From contig CAIIXF020000001.1 in the NCBI GenBank assembly GCA_903813345.2, positions 10,478,001 to 10,542,000 on the forward strand: a stretch of 64,000 nucleotides of DNA, given 5' to 3'. The notes under the pieces were generated by a model. It was not told where the DNA came from and did no database searches. It worked only from the letters and a program-made list of their open reading frames with translations. Position 1 is the first letter of the stretch. The number at the start of each line of letters is the position of its first letter. Source of the stretch: Owenia fusiformis (Eukaryota). Both the position numbers and the translations under genes were made by a program. Of the stretch, positions 56,701 through 64,000 are shown one piece after another.

Positions 56701-59700
56701 TCAGGACATGAATAGAATGTTTACGGAATGGTGGCGACCCTTGGCAAATTTCAGCGATGAAAATGTTAGAACCTGGCAGGCAAATGGATATTACACCACC
56801 CTTATACGGCCTGGTCTAAGAATTCTGACGTTTAATTCAAACTATGGGTGAGAAATTCCGTAAGAAGTCACTCGAGGTTTAATCACATATGTAGCGATGA
56901 ATGCATTATTAAAGCCTCACTATGCGAATCTTCAACATTTTTTGGCAAAATAAAACCTTACTTTTGAACTTCATAGTATTTCCAAAGGATTGACAAGTAC
57001 TTTATCTTTCATTAGACACCAAAAACAGGTAAAACGGGCCACATCAAAGCCTACAATAACTTATTAAAAATATTTTTGTTCTATCAAGTTTTTATATATT
57101 ATATTTTTACTAATGTCAAAGATGGCAAAGTTGTTTGTAGTTCATGATTCATTCATTTTTATAGAAGTGTTGCCATCTTTTAAATCAAGAGTTATTTAAA
57201 AACATGTACTCTGTCAAAAATGTGCATGCACTACTAAAGAACTTCAAATGTTGTTTTCTACGTGAGTTACTTTTTTCTCGGTTCAATTTAATATTAATGC
57301 CAATCAAACTTTGTATTATATTTGATTGAGAGTCCAAATAACATGTTTCAGTGTGATTGTTTTATCTTTTTCCTTTTAAATTAAGCATAGTGGGCCTTTA
57401 AGAGATTGTCAAAAAGACGTGACAATCTATTACACCAGCAGCTACATATATGTACCACATAATGCAAAGCGATTCCAAAAATAATTTAAGCACGACAAGA
57501 TCCTTTCATACACATTTTGATCACTAAAGTAAGCCAAGGGATATATTCAGATTTTGTTCTATAAATTTCACATCAAAAATATATTTCTAGCATTGTCTCA
57601 AGTGACAATTTCCATTAATTTTAGATACACTATGAATTTCTATAACTTGTTGAATGTGGATACGCTTGAGTTAGTACAGTTGAAAACGTTTATGAATGAC
57701 ACACTGCAAACAGCAAGAAATAACAACGAGAAAGTAAGTAATCAACTAAATCATCAATCTTCTACTTTGTAATGTATAGTCAAAGTGAACGTGTACTATT
57801 GTAGTTTTATTGAACTATGGATGTACAAATACAAGTCCTCGTGAAATGAAGTAACTGCAATGGTTTTTATTGATCTATAAAACCACTTAAATGTGTAATT
57901 AATACAAATTGACAAACAAGATTAAATTATCATGTTTTTATTTGTAAACTAGTACAATACAAAGATAAAGTACAGTCGGCATACTACGTCCTTGTCCTCG
58001 AGTATCGATGTTTTTTTTTACATTTTTGAAATAATTTCCAAAAGACTCGAGCCGGTGTCATTCTCAGGTATTACTTTACTCCATTTCTATCTGTCTCACC
58101 CTTTGGGTGGCACTGACCCATTTCTGTCCAGTTAAAACCAACATATATGCTCTTATGTTATGTGTTTTTTCAGAAAGTAATAAATATCTGAATATTACAA
58201 TATTTAGAAGGATTTAAACTGAAAAACTGAAATAGTACCATTTTCCTTTCATAACAACATTCGAATTGTTACTATGAAGTTTTTTTTATAAATTTAAATG
58301 ATTGTAGAAGTCCATTTTTTGCTAGAGTTAAACATAATCTTTCAGTTCAAAAATACTTTACAGGCATAATGCACACGATAAGTTATAGTTTCATTTATCC
58401 AGAATATATCTCATGTTATTTGTATTGTACTTGCAGGTTATAATGCTCGGTCATCACCCTACAGGAAGTGCTCAGAACCATTGGGGGAGGTTCTATACAG
58501 AACTTGTCCTCCAGTTTGGTGATGTTATTGCTCTTCAGCAATGTGGCCACACCCATAGAGATCACTTCACAATGGTCAGTTGTATTTCGTGTATTACTAT
58601 TATGGTCAAATGTATTTAGTTCTGCATTTGTAGGAAGATAAAACTATTGCAGTTTGAGCAGCCAAAAACTTATGAATCAGGATGGAATATGATTCGAATC
58701 CGTATTCGAAAACAAGTTTGATTTTATGAAGCCTTGAAATAAGGAAAAGGCAATCTTTGAAGATAAACATGTGTATGATAAATGAGGTTAATGGCATTCC
58801 CTACACAGTGGTTATTTACTAAAGTAATAATAAAGTAATAAATTAAGCCAGTACTCTTATGATGAAATGTATCAGGGATATTTTATCTGTTAATAATCCA
58901 TTATCTTTTTATTTGATTGACCATATTAAAAGGTGATTTCATGGTTCGCCAATCTGTATATGTTTTATGTTTAGTTTGTTGACCAAACAGGACAGAGCCA
59001 TGGTCAAATGTTTGTATCCCCCAGTGTGACAACATTTGGTGCCATCAACCCCTCGGCGAGAGTGTTTACCCTGGATTCCGAAAACAAACTTGTTGATTAT
59101 GATCAGTACTTTTTAGATATTACAAGTGAGTTTCAATGTTATTTGAATGGTTCAATTATTAAACGAATAGAGAAAGTATTTGAGCCCTAAACCATGAAAA
59201 CCACTCAAGTTCACAAACAACTTCCTAAGCAATCAACATTAATATAAAATCCCAACTACATTAAAGATAAGAGTAAAGTGTTAAATAAAATAAAAATGTT
59301 TATCTAAAAAAAGGCTTATCTAAAATGTTTATTATATTTACTTCCCTTTGAAGTGTTGAATTGGAAAGATTAAGTACACAAAGGAAGGGGGAGGGGTACA
59401 CAGTCTCTAGGCAAGACTTGTGGAAACATGATTTTCTTATCGTGGAAGCAATATAGAACACTGTTCGATTCATTGTACGCTATATACTCATCAAGATTCC
59501 ATATATAATTGAGAGAGTTATTTTAAAATTAGAGCGTTGTAATATTTTGGGGTCACCCTGTACAATCACTCATCTAATAATAGTTTTGTATAATATTGTA
59601 GCTGCAGACGTCAAACCAAACATTCAGTTAGCATATTCAGCAAAACAGGAATACGGTCTCCGTGACATGTCACCCTCATCTTGGCAAGAACTCACCAGAA

Positions 59701-60013
59701 GGTAAATATATGGTCCTTCCTGAGAAATAAAACTGGACGATTTTGTAACCACGTGATCGTGTATTTGTACTTGTATCTTTTCACTTTTGGGTATATAAAT
59801 ATACCATACATATGGAAACTTAAAAATCTAACTCGCGCTTTTTCAAATTGCAGGTTTGAGAGCGATCAGACGTTGTTCCAACGTTACTATTGGCACAGAG
59901 GCACTCGTGTGAGCAACTCGGAATGTTCAGGTGCCTGTAGAGATACTGAATTGTGCAACCTCAGAAACAGCGTGTTCAGTGAACGACAACGATGTATTGA
60001 CGCTATTCCATAA
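53707..60013 (+). CDS. SMPD1: Acid sphingomyelinase-like phosphodiesterase (signal peptide, saposin-B domain, calcineurin-like metallophosphoesterase), 12 exons, about 619 aa
   Basis: Exons 53707-54009, 54581-54751, 55259-55489, 55671-55733, 55993-56107, 56224-56352, 56658-56847, 57625-57733, 58437-58574, 58975-59125, 59602-59701, 59854-60013; total 1860 nt. Saposin cysteines CLVC..LC..MC..ACTELNFC. Metal-binding motifs TDVHVD, GGDAPPH, GNHE, GHHP, GHTHRD. Also CGMIICCR, SPSVTT..NPSARV and C-terminal CSGACRDTELC. SMPD1-family member; one-to-one orthology is not established. Confidence 0.92.
56913..57397. mobile_element. Kolobok-like MITE (TTAA TSD) in intron 7 of the sphingomyelinase-like gene
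   Basis: TTAA-AGCCTCACTATGC..GCATAGTGGGCCT-TTAA. Confidence 0.65.
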
Positions 60014-60385
60014 GCGGATTCACATATACAGATTTACAATATGGCGTTTCAATCAACAAGACAAACTATTCGGAATTTGAGATTGACTCTATTTAGTCAT
60101 AGTCATATACATTATTCTTCATTTATACGTATAACATTAATAAATATTGTGAAATTCTCTTAAGTACTAATTTTTGGACTTGTAGTTTCCTCCTGGGATG
60201 ACAATGGCACAGCGTAGATCGTAGTTGACAAACTGATCAATCTGAAATAATTGAATAGCTAGGTATAATATTTGAGTAAATTAATAAAATAACTAGATTG
60301 AAAGTATTTAAATTAATATCATTTATGAAAACAATAATCAGGATTAACAATTTTTTCATAACAGTTTATCCCAGCATTCTTTGTA

Positions 60386-61262
60386 CTACTCCTTAATCAC
60401 GTGATGTCTTAGAAATCTCCCGAGATCGGGATTGATAATCAGATCTACAATAATCTGCATCATGTTAAAAGTGTTTTTATTTCAAAATGATCATGATCAA
60501 TCTGGGAAAATATAGTGTACAGACTTACCCAAAACCACTCATTAAATTGCAGGACTCCATCTTGAGCTATAACATACGAAAAAGCGATTAATTTACATTG
60601 GATGTCTTCCATAGATACTGGTATATTTTGATTTGTGATACCTATCAAACAGTTATTTGTTTTTCAAATTTTTCACTGAATAATAGTGATGGGCTAGGTT
60701 TAGGTTCTACTCACGATCTTTATCAATTCTGCCATAGAGCCCATTGTTGACATCATTTGCCTGATCCCACACACCGTCTTCGTTCCAATCCATTTTCCTG
60801 AAAATGAAGGCTGCGTCTGCAGCATCACCTCCCTGGAAGTTGGTCCAAAACGTTGTAAACTCTTGAAGATCTACCCGAGTGTCGTCTGAAAATGATAATT
60901 AGTAATAAACTAATGACGATGTTAATTACATATGTATTCGACTGAAAGAAAAATAAATTATTTCATACTTTCAAACGACATTATACACATGGTCGCCAAA
61001 AAGGTTTGTATTTGAAAGAACCGATAGCTGTAATTTGCATATCATGACTAGAAGATTTTTAATTCATAATTTATAACGAATCAATTTGACTTGACATCCT
61101 AGTAAACATGACATGCTTTGCAAACAACGTTATAAATGGGGTCAACTTACTGTTGGTGTCTAAGTCATTAAAGAATGAATTGAACTCATCTCTGGATAGC
61201 GAATCAAATCCGTCGGAATCATACTGTATCAGAATCATCATTAACCGCACTGCACGAAACAC
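60386..61262 (-). CDS. Multi-EF-hand calcium-binding protein, 3' exons only (5' exons not located)
   Basis: Phase-consistent exons 61262-61151, 60885-60715 and 60566-60529 give YDSDGFDSLSRDEF..DLDTNNDTRVDLQEF..MDWNEDGVWDQAND..IDKDPQDGVLQFNEWFW, i.e. four EF-loop-like motifs. Terminal exon is probably 60454-60386 (IIVDLIINPDLGRFLRHHVIKE*); an alternative is 60241-60167. Confidence 0.7.
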
Positions 61263-62372
61263 CTAGAAATGAAAATCACACAAATAATGTTTACACGATA
61301 TCCTTAAAAAAGTCAGTATTTCGTTTCGAGACTGAGGGATTAACAGAACTATGGTTATAGTCCTCCAGATAACTGCAAAGTTCTGATCAAATCTGATCAG
61401 CTCTGGAAAACTCGTTAGTGTTTAAGTTGACAGATTATTTAGATAAGATGTAAGTTATGGGTTTGTCTTCTTGGTTTTAGTCTAGAGTGAATTCACTGTC
61501 CTCCACTCATAGACAGATTGCAGTCTGATTCAATGTATTTTTAAAGGCAAATATCTTGTGTTCTTTGAAGTATTCAAGACTAAATAAGATGTTACTAGTA
61601 TCCAATACATGTACTATACTACCCAGAGACAGATATAATATTTACTCCAGTTTCAAGTTAAATATTCTAAAATGGAATATGGAGTACCAAATTTCATTTG
61701 GTATAATTATATTTTTTGATAGAGACAATGGCCATTGTTAAAACCAAATAAACATGAGATTATTAATTTATTAGGGTAGTTAATACTTCATGCCTAGTTC
61801 ACACTTCAAAACTAAGTTGAATTCAGATGTCATCTTGAAAATAGAATGAGCCTAAATGGATTACTGTCTCAAAGGGTATCTAAGTCTAGATATGTGTTAT
61901 AAGTAATTCACGACTTTGAAAATGTTTTGAATACTTTTGCGCATGGGACTTCATGTTTATCCCTAAAAAATGGTTGTGATTTTATTTCATAATGATACAA
62001 GATACTTTTATTTTTTAAAGACCAATTAAAGACCAATGACCAATTTCTGCATCTTAAACTTTCATAAAATAAATTCCACAATGATCAAATTATGATACCT
62101 TTATTACTTAATGTAAGATGAGGTAATTTGAGTGTGGGGGAGGGTGGGGAAGTATTTTTGCATGAATTTAAAAAATGAACCACCCCCTCCCAGTCACAAA
62201 ATCCTGGCTATTGTAAGCCAAATAACATGATGAAGGCAAATGAATATCAGTCAGTCAAGCTAGTTATCTATCTAGATCACAATGTGATATTATGCAGATA
62301 AAACTTTATTTTATTTTATTGCCTAATATATAGGAATTTGCAGGATATGAAGTTTAAGAATGGAAATGTCTA

Positions 62373-62666
62373 CAGGGGCGTGGCCAGCTTTCAGTCAGTG
62401 CAGGGAGGGGGGGGGGGTGCGATCGCCAAAAAATTCTATTTTCAGTCAGGGGATGCGATTGTGGCATAAAAAGCCAATAATTAAGATTTACTGTATCTTG
62501 AATTTTTCAAAAATTTATGCAACTTCCTTCATAATAAATTGAGCTAGAAGCTTCAAATAAAAAGCATTCCAAAGCTCTTTTCTTCTCATGGTTATATTTT
62601 ATTGGTTATGGGAGGGGGGGGGGGTGCGATCGCCAATTGCACCCCCCCCCCATGGCTATGCCTATG
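62373..62666. mobile_element. hAT-like MITE with 5-bp TSD (GTCTA), copy 2
   Basis: CAGGGGCGTGGCCAGCTTTCAGTCAGT..GGCTATGCCTATG; GTCTA at 62368-62372 and 62667-62671; homologous to 4396-4679. Confidence 0.78.
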
Positions 62667-63251
62667 GTCTAATTGAAATGTAAAAACTCTGCATTGAACT
62701 ACACGTATTAAAAGTTGCTTTCACATTCAAATAGCTGATACAGATATTCTATCTACTAGTATACTTATATGAACAGAGATATAGAATTTCAAACTGAAAC
62801 ATTAAGATAATCTGTTCTGTCATTGACACAATATTTATGGCCAGCTAAATTTCTGAGAATTTAATGTGTTTCAGTCGTTTACTCCTGGACTAGTTACGTC
62901 TTTCTATTCAAATACAGATTAGGCAGAGAACGCAGTATATAATCTAGAAATATATCTAGAGCAATTCACTGACTAGTTATATCAAAATAAACCAGATCGA
63001 CCCATTTATGATTAAACTTATCTAGTAGTTCCTATATTGTGAATAAGATGAAATCGTTCGATGATTTAGAACAATGTTAAAACATATATTCATGTTGCCA
63101 TCCCTCTCACAAAATCAATTTAATATGATTTCACTCTCGGAAATTTATTCCAAACATGTTCTATTTAATTCCGTGTGATTTATATAGACGTCGATAAAAC
63201 ACTACATAGCATTTTTTGTATTGCGTTGAAGTTAATTGATGATAATATATA

Positions 63252-63525
63252 TTTATCCTATGCCAAGTAGAGTTTTAGGGAGATAAGTTGGTAAGATATA
63301 TCCCGTATCCTGATTTTGAGGTTTCCATATCCAGAACCTCCATATCTCCCGCCATATCTCCCACTTCGGTACATATCTTCCCGCTTCGGTGCATATCTTC
63401 CCGCTTTCCGGTAAGTAGTGCAAATGTAATAAAATGACTTTGCATATGAATGATTTGTTTATTTTTATACCTTGTACTATTGAAATGGCCATATGCCCCT
63501 GAAAACTATACTTGGTATAGGATAA
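63252..63525. mobile_element. Small TIR element with internal CATATCTTCCCGC-type repeats
   Basis: TTTATCCTATGCCAAGTAGAGTTTTAGGG versus CCCTGAAAACTATACTTGGTATAGGATAAA. Confidence 0.55.
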
Positions 63526-64000
63526 AGCAGTTATGTACGGTCGGTTTGGATATTGGGTTCATCCCTCGTGGGACATGCACATCTACCTTTGGTACCTACG
63601 GTTCCTCAGGTAGATATGCATATCTCTCTCTGGATAAACCCCATATCCAAAACCTCCCAGTACATAACCCTCATTTATAATAGACAGAGTGACATAAAAA
63701 ATGCCACCCATTAATTTCAGAATAAATCTCTCACAACTTGGAAGTTGAGATTTATCTCATTTTCCGCGGAGGCATGCTCTGACACTAAAGCATTTATAAT
63801 TGTAATTAAGGAAACATGTCTCTAAAATTTAGTGAGCCATTTCATCAAACTGGACATAATTATTTAATAAAAATGTGCAGATTTGACGTATTAGTGATAA
63901 TATATTCATGAGACAATTTAAATTTTGGATTAATTATTTTTAAAGTGGTCTATTATACCTATGTAGGTGTCACGGCCACAACAATGTACACATGTTATTA

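Noticed and set aside
63253..63492. ORF or Gly/Tyr-rich reading as an upstream exon of the EF-hand gene
   Set aside because: It lies within a TIR-bounded repeat and lacks convincing splice sites in a compatible phase.

Overview
AT-rich, intron-containing animal genomic DNA, by inference a marine invertebrate such as an annelid or mollusc (the species cannot be determined from the sequence). Five spliced genes were rebuilt by hand from GT-AG junctions and frame arithmetic: a gamma-glutamyltranspeptidase (+, 12 coding exons, 4749-35163, about 600 aa); a single-pass MAM-CUB-Sushi-mucin-Sushi membrane protein with an ~860-aa low-complexity cytoplasmic tail (-, 43861-35775, about 1413 aa); a TMEM241/SLC35D4-like transporter almost invisible in the ORF track (+, 48041-53103, about 310 aa); an acid sphingomyelinase-like enzyme with a saposin-B domain (+, 53707-60013, about 619 aa); and the 3' part of a multi-EF-hand protein (-, about 60386-61262). 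The GGT introns are packed with nested transposons: Tc1/mariner inside Tc1/mariner; a 1.5-kb CAC-ended palindromic element with 5-bp TSD; a 5'-truncated LINE with three structured 3'-UTR repeats inside a Tc1/mariner; a Harbinger > gag-only LTR retroelement > hAT MITE stack; and a 5.7-kb foldback element whose inverted arms are ~180-bp satellite arrays. No rRNA, tRNA or CRISPR features were seen. All calls are by eye, without database searches.
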